Below, piece by piece: positions 36,227 through 45,833 of a stretch of DNA of 64,000 nt. This DNA comes from Acidobacteriota bacterium (GTDB lineage Bacteria > Acidobacteriota > CAIWXX01). The DNA lies in NCBI GenBank assembly GCA_040755995.1, contig JBFMAF010000042.1, forward strand, positions 37,980 to 101,979, in the 5' to 3' direction. A program made the position numbers and the translations under genes. The notes below the pieces were generated by a model. The model was not told the origin of the DNA, did no database searches, and was given only the letters and a program-made list of their open reading frames with translations. Numbering within the stretch: position 1 is the first letter of the stretch; every line of letters starts with the position of its first letter.

Positions 36227-36535
36227 CTACCTGCCCCACCTCTTGCCGAGCTGGTCGAGGCCCGCTCGCGCCAGGTCCTCGCTGCTCATGACAATGTGGA
36301 ACTCGACGTCAGCATTGTAGGTGAGGAAGAACGGTTCGGCTACCGCCGGCACGCGTGATGGATCGGCAACGTCGACGATCAGGATGGCCGCACGCCGGCC
36401 GTCGATTTCCGTGAAGTATGCCGCCTCCGGCTTCAGCTCCTCTACAATATGCGACAACGTCTTCCCCGCAGTACCGTTTCGGACGGCCGTGTTGAACGGC
36501 TCATGGGGGAGTTTCGCCTGAACCAGTAGTCTCAT
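36227..36535 (-). CDS. Conserved small hypothetical protein (DUF3303-like)
   Basis: LKPEAAYFTEIDGRR...IVDV...AEPFFL...VMSSEDL; AAGGAG RBS. Confidence 0.7.
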   Translation of the reverse strand: MRLLVQAKLPHEPFNTAVRNGTAGKTLSHIVEELKPEAAYFTEIDGRRAAILIVDVADPSRVPAVAEPFFLTYNADVEFHIVMSSEDLARAGLDQLGKRWGR

Positions 36536-36690
36536 TACGCTCTCCTTGGATCGGCGATGCGATGCGCATCGCCCGCCTCCAACGTTGGGCATCGGCCGCT
36601 CGCGAAGACCGCGCGTCGCGAATGCCCGGCTCCGCCCCTGACCATGATTCTAACAGGAGCCGGGGTCGTTGTCCTAGTGTCGGAGTAGGA

Positions 36691-39651
36691 TTATCTGCCC
36701 AGCGCCTCGCGGACCTTCTCGGCCAGCGTGTTCATTGTGAATGGCTTCTGGACGAAGAGCATGCCTTCTTCCAGGACGCCCTGTTGGGCGATCACGTCGG
36801 CAGTGTAGCCGGATATGTACAGGCGTTTCAGGCCCGGCCTGTGGGAAGTGAGTGAGTCTGCCAATTCACGGCCGTTCATCTCCGGCATCACCACGTCGGT
36901 GACTAGCAGGTGGATAATTCCGGGGTGCTCGCCGGCCAGGCGAATCGCCTGAGTGGGTGTGCTGGCGGTCAGCACCGTGTAGCCGAGGGCTTCGAAGGTT
37001 CTTCTGGCGATGCTCAGAATTGTGGCCTCGTCCTCCACGATCAGCAGAGTTTCGGAGCCTCGGGGCGCCACTCGCACTGCGGCTTCGGCCGGAGGCTGGG
37101 TGGTTTCTACTTCGTACCTGGGCAGGTAGATCTTGAATGCGGTGCCATGACCGAGCTGGCTGTCGACGTCTATGAAGCCGTTGTTCTGCCTGACTATGCC
37201 ATACACAGTGGCAAGACCCAGGCCGGTTCCTTTGCCGACTTCCTTCGTGGTGAAGAACGGCTCGAAGATGTGATCGATGGTGTGCCCGTCCATGCCCCGG
37301 CCGGTGTCGCTGACGCCCAACAGAACGTAGCTGCCGGGGACGCAGTCCGCGTGTGCCTGGGCATATGCCTCATCGAAGATCACGTTGGCGGTCTCGATTG
37401 TGACTCTACCCACACCGGGAATCGCATCGCGGGCGTTGACTGCCAGGTTGGCCAGGGCCTGGTCGAGCTGGGAAGGATCGATCCGGACGCTCCAGAGATC
37501 ATGCCCTGGCATCCAGACCAGCTCGATGTCCTCGCCGATGAGCCGGCGGAGCAACTTGAGCGTGCCTGGCACGGCGTCGTTCAAGTCCAGCGTCCTGGGA
37601 CGAACGATCTGCTTGCGCGCGAATGCCAGCAGTTGGCGAGTGAGGTCCGCGGAACGCTGAGCGGCTCTCTGGATCTCCAAGAGCCCTGCGTGAAGGGGGC
37701 TGTCCGGACCGGCGCCTATGAGCGCCAGCTCGGTGTTTCCCAGGATGGCCTGAAGCATGTTGTTGAAGTCGTGGGCCACGCCGCCCGCCAGCCTTCCCAC
37801 GGCCTCCATTTTCTGTGCATGCAGCAGCTCCGCCTCCAGCCTCTTCTTCTCCTCCTCGGCCCGCCTCCGCTCCGTGATGTTGGTGAACATGCAATGGGTC
37901 TGCAAGAATGCGCCCTTTTGGTCACGGGCGATCCTCCCGTCCAAGCAGACCAGGATCGTCTGACCGTCTTTGCGTTTCGCCTCATACTCGGCGCCGTGCA
38001 CCTCGCCCCGCTCCTTGAGCTGCGGAAAACGCTCGACGAACAAAGCCGGGCCGTCGCCTGCCAGGAGATCGCCGAACCACTTTCCGATCACATCGCCACG
38101 CTCATAGCCCAGCTCTGCCAGCCACGCGTTGTTGACCTCGATGATGTTGCCGTCCGCACCGAGTGACTGGTAGGCGGTAGGCGCCTGCTCGTAGAGCAGT
38201 CGGAACCGTTGCTCACTCTCCCGCAGCGCCTCCTCCGCCCTCTTGCGCTCGCTGGCCGCTGCACGCTCGTCAGTCTGGTCGCGGAAGACCAACACTACGC
38301 CTGTAGTCTTCCCCTTTTCGTCGCGGATGGGCGCGCCGCTGTCGGCTACGGGCCGCTCGGTGCCGTCCCGAGCGATCAAGAGCGCGTGGTTGCCCAGGCC
38401 GATGACCGTGCCTTCGCGCAACACGCGCTGCACGGGACTCTCCACAGCCTTCCGCGTTTCTTCGTTGATGATACGGAAGACCTCGTCGAGCGGCCGGCCC
38501 CGCGCCTCGTTTTCTCGCCAGCCGGTGAGAGCCTCGCCGACCGGGTTCAACATATCGATCTGCCCCTCGGAGTCGGTGGTGATGACAGCGTCGCCGACGC
38601 TCATCAAAGTCGTGCGATAGCGTTCTTCGGCCTGTCGCCGTGATGCCTCGGCCTCGAACAGCGCCTCGTAGTGCGCTTTCTGTGTCGCCTGCCAGACCAG
38701 CCCCATGGCCGTCGAGGAGGCCGCGATGAGCCCCAGGATCAGTGCCAGGATGAGCACAGAGCGGGAGCGCCATGCGGCGAACGCCTCTGCCGCGTCCACC
38801 TTGGCAACGACAAACCAGGGCGAATCCGGGACCGCCTTCAGCGCCGCCAGCACCTCGACCCCGCGATAGTCCTTTCCTTCGACAACGCCTTCCTTGCCAA
38901 GCACGGCCATCACCGCGGGCACTTCGGTCTGACTCGACGGAATGCGCAGCTTCAGTGCCGTGTCCTTCTGGTGGCGCAGCTCGTTCAAGAAGATGACCGC
39001 GTCGTTGTCGCGACGGACGAGCAGAGTTTCGGCAGTCCGGGTGGGCACGGGCCACGAGTCGATCAAGGGATAGAGAAACCAACTGCCTTCGCTCTGAAGG
39101 ATGACTGCGCCCAGCGGCTCCACCGCTTCCCCTTTCCTCGCGAAAAGCGGCGCAACCACTTCCAGGTGTGGCGGCTGATTGTCCGGGCCTGAGTGCAGAT
39201 CGTTCATGCAAGGCCTGTGTTCACGGAAAGCCTCCGCCATCGCCCGTGCCGCTTCCTCCTGAACCGGGCCGCGATATCCCATGAGGCTGAGTCGCACATC
39301 GCCCTCGACGTCGACCAGCCAGACGTCGCGGTACTTGTAGGTGCGTGCAGTGGCGCTGAAGCGCGCGTAAAGCGCTTCGGTGGTCTCGGCATCGGGCGAA
39401 GACAGCAACCGGCGTGCTGCTTCCCCGAGGAGCGTACTCTTCATGATCACGGTGGCGTCTCCGATGCGCTGCTCCCGCCACTGGGCGATTTCTTCCGCCT
39501 TCCATTGCGCGATGGCCATGAGATTCGCATCGGTCTGCTGTCGCAGATGCCGCTCCTGGGCGCGGTAGAACCAGGCGCCCCCAGCCAGCAGCACCAGCAT
39601 TGCCAGCGCGAAGGCCGCGATCAGCCAACGGGGAAACGTGGAGGCGTTCAT
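36691..39651 (-). CDS. Membrane hybrid histidine kinase (periplasmic sensor, 2 PAS, HisKA, HATPase, REC)
   Basis: AHDFNNML, NARDA, FFTTKEVGKGTGLGL and LVTDVVMPEMNG motifs. Confidence 0.92.
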   Translation of the reverse strand: MNASTFPRWLIAAFALAMLVLLAGGAWFYRAQERHLRQQTDANLMAIAQWKAEEIAQWREQRIGDATVIMKSTLLGEAARRLLSSPDAETTEALYARFSATARTYKYRDVWLVDVEGDVRLSLMGYRGPVQEEAARAMAEAFREHRPCMNDLHSGPDNQPPHLEVVAPLFARKGEAVEPLGAVILQSEGSWFLYPLIDSWPVPTRTAETLLVRRDNDAVIFLNELRHQKDTALKLRIPSSQTEVPAVMAVLGKEGVVEGKDYRGVEVLAALKAVPDSPWFVVAKVDAAEAFAAWRSRSVLILALILGLIAASSTAMGLVWQATQKAHYEALFEAEASRRQAEERYRTTLMSVGDAVITTDSEGQIDMLNPVGEALTGWRENEARGRPLDEVFRIINEETRKAVESPVQRVLREGTVIGLGNHALLIARDGTERPVADSGAPIRDEKGKTTGVVLVFRDQTDERAAASERKRAEEALRESEQRFRLLYEQAPTAYQSLGADGNIIEVNNAWLAELGYERGDVIGKWFGDLLAGDGPALFVERFPQLKERGEVHGAEYEAKRKDGQTILVCLDGRIARDQKGAFLQTHCMFTNITERRRAEEEKKRLEAELLHAQKMEAVGRLAGGVAHDFNNMLQAILGNTELALIGAGPDSPLHAGLLEIQRAAQRSADLTRQLLAFARKQIVRPRTLDLNDAVPGTLKLLRRLIGEDIELVWMPGHDLWSVRIDPSQLDQALANLAVNARDAIPGVGRVTIETANVIFDEAYAQAHADCVPGSYVLLGVSDTGRGMDGHTIDHIFEPFFTTKEVGKGTGLGLATVYGIVRQNNGFIDVDSQLGHGTAFKIYLPRYEVETTQPPAEAAVRVAPRGSETLLIVEDEATILSIARRTFEALGYTVLTASTPTQAIRLAGEHPGIIHLLVTDVVMPEMNGRELADSLTSHRPGLKRLYISGYTADVIAQQGVLEEGMLFVQKPFTMNTLAEKVREALGR

Positions 39652-39822
39652 CTGGACATGCCTTCCTCACGCAACTATCAGGACGTCACCCGCAGCCTGA
39701 GTACCAAGAGAGTCCGTACGCCTTTCATCGAAAGGGTAGCCAATCCCGCGAAACGATGTCAAGCTGCAGGGTCGCTGGTGGGGACGCGGGTCTGCTGTGT
39801 CGGGAGTGGCAGGGGATGGTGT

Positions 39823-39854
39823 CGCTCGAGGGCGCCGCATGGCGCCCTCGAGCG
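39823..39854 (-). terminator. 14-bp perfect hairpin directly downstream of the RRM gene
   Basis: CGCTCGAGGGCGCC-gcat-GGCGCCCTCGAGCG. Confidence 0.6.
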
Positions 39855-39862
39855 TGGAGCGA

Positions 39863-40156
39863 TCAATAGCGGTTTCGGGAAGAGGGTCCGCGACCGTAGC
39901 CGCCGGTGCGTGCGCCGGTCCCGCCGCTGGATCGCGGCCGGGCCTCGTCGACCCTGATCTGCCGTCCCCTGATCTCCTTCGAGTTGGTGGCCGCAATCGC
40001 CTCAGCCGCCTTCTCCGCGGGAACATCCACGAATCCGAATCCCTTGTCCCCGATGATGCGGATCTCGCTGGGTTCATACGGCGCGAAATGATCGCGAAGG
40101 TCCTCCTGGGTTGCGTTGTAAGCCAGATTGCCTACATACAGCGTCTTGTTTGACAT
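39863..40156 (-). CDS. RRM-domain RNA-binding protein with G/R-rich tail
   Basis: RNP2 LYVGNL, RNP1 KGFGFVDV and VDEARPR. Confidence 0.92.
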   Translation of the reverse strand: MSNKTLYVGNLAYNATQEDLRDHFAPYEPSEIRIIGDKGFGFVDVPAEKAAEAIAATNSKEIRGRQIRVDEARPRSSGGTGARTGGYGRGPSSRNRY

Positions 40157-40392
40157 CGAACTTTCCTCGTACCGTCGGCCTGGACCGCGGTGGAATATCG
40201 GCTTCTGCCGAATGGGTTTTGCATTTCCACAACCCCGCTGCCAGGTCGGGCAGTGAAGGGAATGCGTTTGTGAATGGCCTCACAGACGGCGCGTGGTTTC
40301 TCGGGTGATCTCAAGTATCGGGCGGAACTGCGGCCGGGTACCTATCCTTCTGAATCGAACACGCCGCTAAGAACTGTAACCATACGGGAACT

Positions 40393-40421
40393 ATAATAGC
40401 ATACGCTCCCACCAATGTAAA
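40393..40421 (-). promoter_or_regulatory. Putative promoter of the RRM gene (implies about 230-nt leader)
   Basis: Minus strand TTTACA-17 bp-TATTAT with extended TG. Confidence 0.5.
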
Positions 40422-40489
40422 TGCCGATCTTGGGTCTCCGGAGAGAGAAATCCCTTCCGCAAGACGTGCAACCTGGGGTACGCTATCTG

Positions 40490-41107
40490 ATGGGTATGGA
40501 TGGGCTAGAACAGGTTGGCAATCTGCCTTCGACGCCGATCCTCCCGCCGATAGCGGCCCGGCTGACCTTGAAACTCTTGGGATGGCGGCTCGAAGGATCT
40601 GTGCCGGCCCATCCCAAGTACGTCCTCGTGGGTGTTCCGCATACATCCAACTGGGACGTACCTCTGTTTGTTCTCATGACCTCATCACTGGGCATCAAAG
40701 CGTACCAGCTCGCAAAAGAATCGCTCTTTCGTTGGCCCCTGGCGGGGCTCATGCGCTGGCTGGGCATGCTTCCGATAGATCGATCCTCTTCCCAGGACTA
40801 CGTTCAGCAGTTCGTCAACATCGTGAAGCGGCAAGATCGCTTAGTACTGGCTGTCAGCCCGGAAGGAACCAGAAAATGGACTGACTACTGGAGATCCGGC
40901 TTCTACTATATCGCGCTCGGCGCGGAGGTGCCGATCGCATTGGCCTTCGCCGACTACCCGACGAAGGTCACCGGAATCGGACTGACGCTCGAACCATCTG
41001 GCGACATCCTGAGCGACATGGAGGTTGTGCGTGCATTCTACCGCGACAAACGCGGGAAGCGCCCTGAGAACCAGGGTCCAATACGTGTCAGGACCCCCGG
41101 CTCATAG
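40490..41107 (+). CDS. Lysophospholipid acyltransferase (PlsC-like)
   Basis: PHTSNWD, PIDR, SPEGTR and WRSGFYYIA motifs. Confidence 0.88.
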   Translation: MGMDGLEQVGNLPSTPILPPIAARLTLKLLGWRLEGSVPAHPKYVLVGVPHTSNWDVPLFVLMTSSLGIKAYQLAKESLFRWPLAGLMRWLGMLPIDRSSSQDYVQQFVNIVKRQDRLVLAVSPEGTRKWTDYWRSGFYYIALGAEVPIALAFADYPTKVTGIGLTLEPSGDILSDMEVVRAFYRDKRGKRPENQGPIRVRTPGS

Positions 41108-41132
41108 GACTGTTGGAGCCTGAGTCACGCCG

Positions 41133-42194
41133 ATGAACCATCTGCACTACTACGAGAACATCCTCGAGAACATGGACAACGGTGTCATGGTGATCGAGAC
41201 CGGCGGTACCATCTCCATGTTGAATCCTGCAGCCGAAAGGATACTGGGTGTGGACCGTGCGAAGGTTCTTGGCCGGTCGTTCGCGAATACGATGTTCATG
41301 GCGTCGCCGAAAAACGAGTCGTTCGCGGATGCGATCCTGGACGCGGTGGCGAGGGGGCAGGTCGGCCGCACCACCACAATCCCATACTCGAAGCCGGAAG
41401 GAGATGTCGTCCACCTCTACGTAACATCATCGTATCTGAACCCCGTCGGCGATGAGCCCGGGAGCGGCAAAGGGGTGGTAGTCGTGTTCTGCGATATCAC
41501 ACCCGTCAAGAAACTCGAGGAAACGCAGAGGAAGCTCAACGCCGAGATTGTGACACGGAGCACCTTCGGGCGTCTCTATGTCGTGACAATTATACTCTTC
41601 ATGATACTGACTCTTATTCCCGACACGCGCCCATTCCCGAGGCACGTCCGGATGCTCATCAGTTGGGCGACACTTTTCACCGTCCTGATTCCGGTCGGCT
41701 ATTTCGTGAGGAAGACCAGAGTGCCGCTCGCGGCGCTGGGACTTACTACGAGGAACTGGAGGAGGAGCATCGTCGAGAGTGTCGTCCTGGCGGCGATACT
41801 GATCCCGCTGTTGATAGCCACGCACTTGCTCCTCACGCCCGATCAAGGCCCGCTTCGACTATGGCCGAACATGACCGACTACTCACGCGCCGATTTCATC
41901 CTCTACTTCGGGCTGTACGTCGTCCACAGCTTCTCACAAGAGCTCATAGCAAGAGGCGTTCTGCAGGGCGCGCTGCAGCAATTCCTCTCGGACTACCACT
42001 GGTCGGTCCCAATCTTCATCGTATCGGTCATATTCGGCATTGCGCATATTCACATATCCGGCTCGTCGGCCGCCGTCATCTTTCTCGCCAGCCTCCTCTT
42101 CGGCTACGTCTTCCGCCGGCAGGGCAACCTGATCGGTGTCACGATCATCCACTATGCGCTGGGAGCCGCTGCCTCCGCATTTGGATACGTTTGA
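41133..42194 (+). CDS. PAS domain fused to CPBP (CAAX protease/Abi) intramembrane domain
   Basis: N-terminal PAS (ILENMDNGV...LNPAAERILG...VFCDIT); C-terminal QELIARG, FGIAH and IIH motifs in a multi-TM domain. Confidence 0.8.
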   Translation: MNHLHYYENILENMDNGVMVIETGGTISMLNPAAERILGVDRAKVLGRSFANTMFMASPKNESFADAILDAVARGQVGRTTTIPYSKPEGDVVHLYVTSSYLNPVGDEPGSGKGVVVVFCDITPVKKLEETQRKLNAEIVTRSTFGRLYVVTIILFMILTLIPDTRPFPRHVRMLISWATLFTVLIPVGYFVRKTRVPLAALGLTTRNWRRSIVESVVLAAILIPLLIATHLLLTPDQGPLRLWPNMTDYSRADFILYFGLYVVHSFSQELIARGVLQGALQQFLSDYHWSVPIFIVSVIFGIAHIHISGSSAAVIFLASLLFGYVFRRQGNLIGVTIIHYALGAAASAFGYV

Positions 42195-42230
42195 GCCGCG
42201 GCGGGGCTCCCCGTATACCCGCCGCATTTC

Positions 42231-42259
42231 TTGACTCGACCTCGCGGTTGGCATAGATT
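42231..42259 (+). promoter_or_regulatory. Sigma70-type promoter of the second OFOR/flavin-FeS operon
   Basis: TTGACT-17 bp-TAGATT, 8 nt before ATG. Confidence 0.6.
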
Positions 42260-42267
42260 GTGCTCTG

Positions 42268-42996
42268 ATGTTGGAGTTGCTATTCAGCAGCCGCGTGACG
42301 GTTGTTGTCGGCCACTTCGGCAGTGGTAAGACCGAGATCGCGATCAACGGCGCGGTGGAGCTGGCTGGGCACCAGCGGTCGGTGACGCTGGTGGATCTCG
42401 ATGTGGTCAAGCCGTACTTCCGGAGCCGGTCGGCAAGGGCCTTCATCGCCGAGCGAGGTGTGGACCTGATCGCCCCCACGGGCGAGAGCTACTACGCTGA
42501 TCTGCCGATCATTCTGCCTCACATCCGCACGGTGTTGCGCGACCCGCAGCGTAAGGTCATTCTGGATGCCGGCGGAGACGACACGGGAGCGCGCGCGCTC
42601 GGATCGCTCTCCGACGCCGTTCCCCTCGATGAGACACAGCGGTTGCTCGTTCTGAACTTCCGGCGCCCATTCACGGAATCGGTTGAGGACGCTGTCGTGG
42701 CCTTGCGCGAGATCGAAGGTGCGGCCAGGATGTCCATGACGGGCCTTGTCTCCAACACACACCTGATGGACGAAACCACGGCCGATGTAGTCATCGAAGG
42801 ATACCGGCTGGCCATGGCCATGGCGAAGCAGGTCGAGGTCCCCGTGCTGGCGGTGACCGTGGAAGAAGGCAGAGAGCTGGATCTTCCGGCTGGCGAATTC
42901 GATTGCCCCGTTTTTCTCATCAGACGCACGATCATGCCGCTCTTCGAGCGCCCTCGCTATGAGCGCAAGGTCGGGCCGATCTTCGAGCTTACGTAG
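42268..42996 (+). CDS. P-loop ATP-binding protein (MinD/CobQ-like), OFOR-associated
   Basis: GHFGSGKTE, VDLDVVKPYFRSR, DAGGD and SNTHL motifs. Confidence 0.8.
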   Translation: MLELLFSSRVTVVVGHFGSGKTEIAINGAVELAGHQRSVTLVDLDVVKPYFRSRSARAFIAERGVDLIAPTGESYYADLPIILPHIRTVLRDPQRKVILDAGGDDTGARALGSLSDAVPLDETQRLLVLNFRRPFTESVEDAVVALREIEGAARMSMTGLVSNTHLMDETTADVVIEGYRLAMAMAKQVEVPVLAVTVEEGRELDLPAGEFDCPVFLIRRTIMPLFERPRYERKVGPIFELT

Positions 42997-43054
42997 ATGG
43001 CGATCCGAAATCCGAAATGCGCAAGCTGCAATTCCACTTCCGGGGGATGGTGTA

Positions 43055-43288
43055 GTGCCACAGATCATCATTGAACGCGACCAGTGCAAGGGATGCGAGT
43101 TGTGCGTCCACGCCTGCCCGCAGAAGATCCTCGCCATGGGCAAGGAGATCAACTCGAAGGGCTACTTCTTCGCCACTGTTGCCGAACAGAAGCAGTGCAT
43201 CGGGTGCCGGTTGTGCTGCATCACGTGTCCCGACGTGGCCATTCAGATGCGCGTCTCGGGGACGATGTACCACTACTTCGCCTACTGA
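43055..43288 (+). CDS. OFOR delta subunit / 2x[4Fe-4S] ferredoxin
   Basis: CKGCELCVHACP and CIGCRLCCITCPDVAI. Confidence 0.9.
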   Translation: MPQIIIERDQCKGCELCVHACPQKILAMGKEINSKGYFFATVAEQKQCIGCRLCCITCPDVAIQMRVSGTMYHYFAY

Positions 43289-43308
43289 AGGACTCGGGAG
43301 AGAGACCA

Positions 43309-44397
43309 ATGGCAAAGAAGCTGATGAAAGGGTGCGAGGCCATCGGTGAGGCGGCGGTGCAGGCGGGCTGCAAGCTCTTCTTTGGCTATCCCATCACGCC
43401 GCAGAACGAGATTCCGGAGTACATGTCGCATCGACTCCCGCAAGTCGGCGGCACTTTTGTGCAGGCCGAGTCGGAGGTTGCTGCATCGAACATGCTTTAT
43501 GGCGCGGCCGGGAGCGGCGAGCGCGTATTCACGTCGTCATCTTCGCCCGGGATTTCGCTGATGGCCGAGGCAATCTCGTACATGGCTGGTTCCGAGCTTC
43601 CCGCAGTCATCGTGAACATCATGCGCGCGGGGCCGGGACTTGGCGGCATTCTTCCGAGTCAGGGAGACTATTTCCAGGCCACCAAGGGAGGCGGGCACGG
43701 CGACTACCGCGTGCTGGTGCTCGCGCCGTGGTCTGTTCAGGAGGCGGCGGACCTTGTCCAGGACGCCTTCGACCTCGCCGACTACTACCGCAACCCGGTC
43801 ATGATCCTGGGGGACGGCTTGATCGGGCAGATGATGGAACCCGTGGAATTCAAGCAGGGGAGGCAGCCGTGCAAAGTACTGTCGCCCAAGACGTGGGCCG
43901 CCACGGGCTGCAGCGGAGACCGTCCCACCAACATCGTCAATTCTCTGTTTCTCGATCCTGAGGTACTGGAACGCCATAACCGCAAGCTACAGGCCAAGTA
44001 CGACACCATGATTCGCGACGAAATCAGGTGCGCCGGCTACGGCCTCGATCAGCCTTACGACGTCCTCCTCGTCGCCTACGGCACCGTGGCGCGTGTGTGC
44101 AGCACGGCTATGGAAGACCTGCACCGCGAGGGGATCGGCGTCGGACTGATGCGTCCCGTCTCGCTGTTCCCATTCCCTTACGCCGCAGTACGTGCCGCTG
44201 CAGAGAAGGCTCGAGCGGTGCTCGTGGTTGAGCTATCGTGCGGGCAGATGATCGAGGATGTGCGCCTGGCTCTCGAAGGAACCAGACCGTTGCATTTCTA
44301 CGGGCGCCAGGGAGGCATGCTGGCGAGCCCCGAGGATGTCGCCGGCAAGGTTCGTGAACTGATGCGAGGAGTCACCAAGGAGGTCTCCCGTGCCTGA
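43309..44397 (+). CDS. vorB: 2-oxoacid:ferredoxin oxidoreductase alpha subunit, VorB (branched-chain) type
   Basis: FGYPITPQ, QAESEVA, TSSSSPG and RAGPGLG...QGDYFQATKGGGHGDY. Confidence 0.85.
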   Translation: MAKKLMKGCEAIGEAAVQAGCKLFFGYPITPQNEIPEYMSHRLPQVGGTFVQAESEVAASNMLYGAAGSGERVFTSSSSPGISLMAEAISYMAGSELPAVIVNIMRAGPGLGGILPSQGDYFQATKGGGHGDYRVLVLAPWSVQEAADLVQDAFDLADYYRNPVMILGDGLIGQMMEPVEFKQGRQPCKVLSPKTWAATGCSGDRPTNIVNSLFLDPEVLERHNRKLQAKYDTMIRDEIRCAGYGLDQPYDVLLVAYGTVARVCSTAMEDLHREGIGVGLMRPVSLFPFPYAAVRAAAEKARAVLVVELSCGQMIEDVRLALEGTRPLHFYGRQGGMLASPEDVAGKVRELMRGVTKEVSRA

Positions 44398-45178
44398 AAC
44401 CGTCTTCTCCAAGCCCACCGCACTCGCCGCCGGGCAGACGCACTACTGCCCGGGATGCACACATGGCGTCATCCACAGGCTGGTCGCCGAGGTGGTCGAT
44501 GAGTTGGGCCTGCGCGAGAGGACTATCGGGATCGCCCCCGTCGGTTGCTCCGTTCTCGCCTACAACTACTTCACCACCGATTTCCACGAAGCCTCACACG
44601 GCCGGGCTCCGGCCGTGGCAACGGGCATCAAGCGAGCGCGGCCGGACTTGATCGTGTTCACTTATCAGGGAGACGGAGACCTGGCGTCGATCGGCATGGC
44701 CGAAATCGTCCACTGCGCGAACCGCGGCGAGAAGGTCACGGTGGTCTTCGTCAACAACGCGATTTACGGCATGACCGGCGGCCAGATGGCTCCCACAACC
44801 ATGCCGGGCCAGGTCGCTACCACCTGCCCGCTCGGGCGCGACGTAAATCTGGCGGGCTACCCGATCCGGGTCGCCGAGCTTGTCTCGACGTTGCGCACGC
44901 CGTCCTTCGTAGCACGCGCCGCCGTTCACACTCCGCTGCACGCAGTGCAGGCGAAGGCGGCTCTCCGAACGGCCTTCAAGTACCAGGCGGAAAACCGCTG
45001 TTTCACTCTGGTCGAGGTCCTTTCGACCTGCCCGACCAACTGGGGAGTTCCGCCTGTCGAGGCGACGAAGTGGCTCGCAGAGAACATGATGCCCTACTAC
45101 CCGTTGGGCGTATTCAAGACGCCGGACGTCGAGAGTCGAGCACCTCTACCTTTGGGACCGATCGGAGCACACCGGTGA
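44390..45178 (+). CDS. OFOR beta subunit (TPP-binding, Vor type)
   Basis: HYCPGCTHG, APVGC, HGRA, YQGDGD...NNAIYGMTGGQ and CPTNW. Confidence 0.9.
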   Translation: MPETVFSKPTALAAGQTHYCPGCTHGVIHRLVAEVVDELGLRERTIGIAPVGCSVLAYNYFTTDFHEASHGRAPAVATGIKRARPDLIVFTYQGDGDLASIGMAEIVHCANRGEKVTVVFVNNAIYGMTGGQMAPTTMPGQVATTCPLGRDVNLAGYPIRVAELVSTLRTPSFVARAAVHTPLHAVQAKAALRTAFKYQAENRCFTLVEVLSTCPTNWGVPPVEATKWLAENMMPYYPLGVFKTPDVESRAPLPLGPIGAHR

Positions 45179-45272
45179 TGACGGGCACCTGGCGAGCGAC
45201 GCGGAGACACGGTGACGCGGAGACTCGGCGAAGCTGCTCGGCGAGCTGGCAGATAGCACGAACGGAGGCCTC

Positions 45273-45833
45273 ATGCAGAACGACGTGATAATCGCTGGGT
45301 TCGGCGGGCAGGGCGTGCTGCTCATGGGCAAGATGCTCGCATATGCCGGCATGAGAGAAGGCAAAGAAGTATCCTGGCTGCCGTCGTATGGGCCCGAGAT
45401 GCGCGGCGGCACCGCCAACTGCACGGTGGTCATCTCGGATCGCCCGGTAGGGTCGCCGGTCGTGCAGCACCCTCGATCCGTCCTGGCGATGAACTTGCCG
45501 TCCCTGGACAAGTTTGAACCGATGCTCAAGGCAGGGGGACTCCTGCTCATCAACAGCTCGCTCATCCATCGCGACGCACAACGCAGCGACGTCACGGTGG
45601 TGAGAATCCCAGCCAACGAGATAGCAAACGAATTGAAGAATCCGAGGGGCGCGAACATGGTTGCGCTGGGTGCCTATCTCGGCGCAACGCACGCCGTCTC
45701 GACCACCATAGTCGAGGACATCGTCCGCGAGACATTCGCGGGCAAACCCCAAGTCATCGAAGCCAATATCGAAGCCCTCCGGCGCGGCTACGCCATGGCC
45801 GAGGGCTCGATCCAAGCCGGGGAGAAGACATGA
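45273..45833 (+). CDS. OFOR gamma subunit
   Basis: AGFGGQG and PSYGPEMRGGTANC motifs. Confidence 0.9.
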   Translation: MQNDVIIAGFGGQGVLLMGKMLAYAGMREGKEVSWLPSYGPEMRGGTANCTVVISDRPVGSPVVQHPRSVLAMNLPSLDKFEPMLKAGGLLLINSSLIHRDAQRSDVTVVRIPANEIANELKNPRGANMVALGAYLGATHAVSTTIVEDIVRETFAGKPQVIEANIEALRRGYAMAEGSIQAGEKT

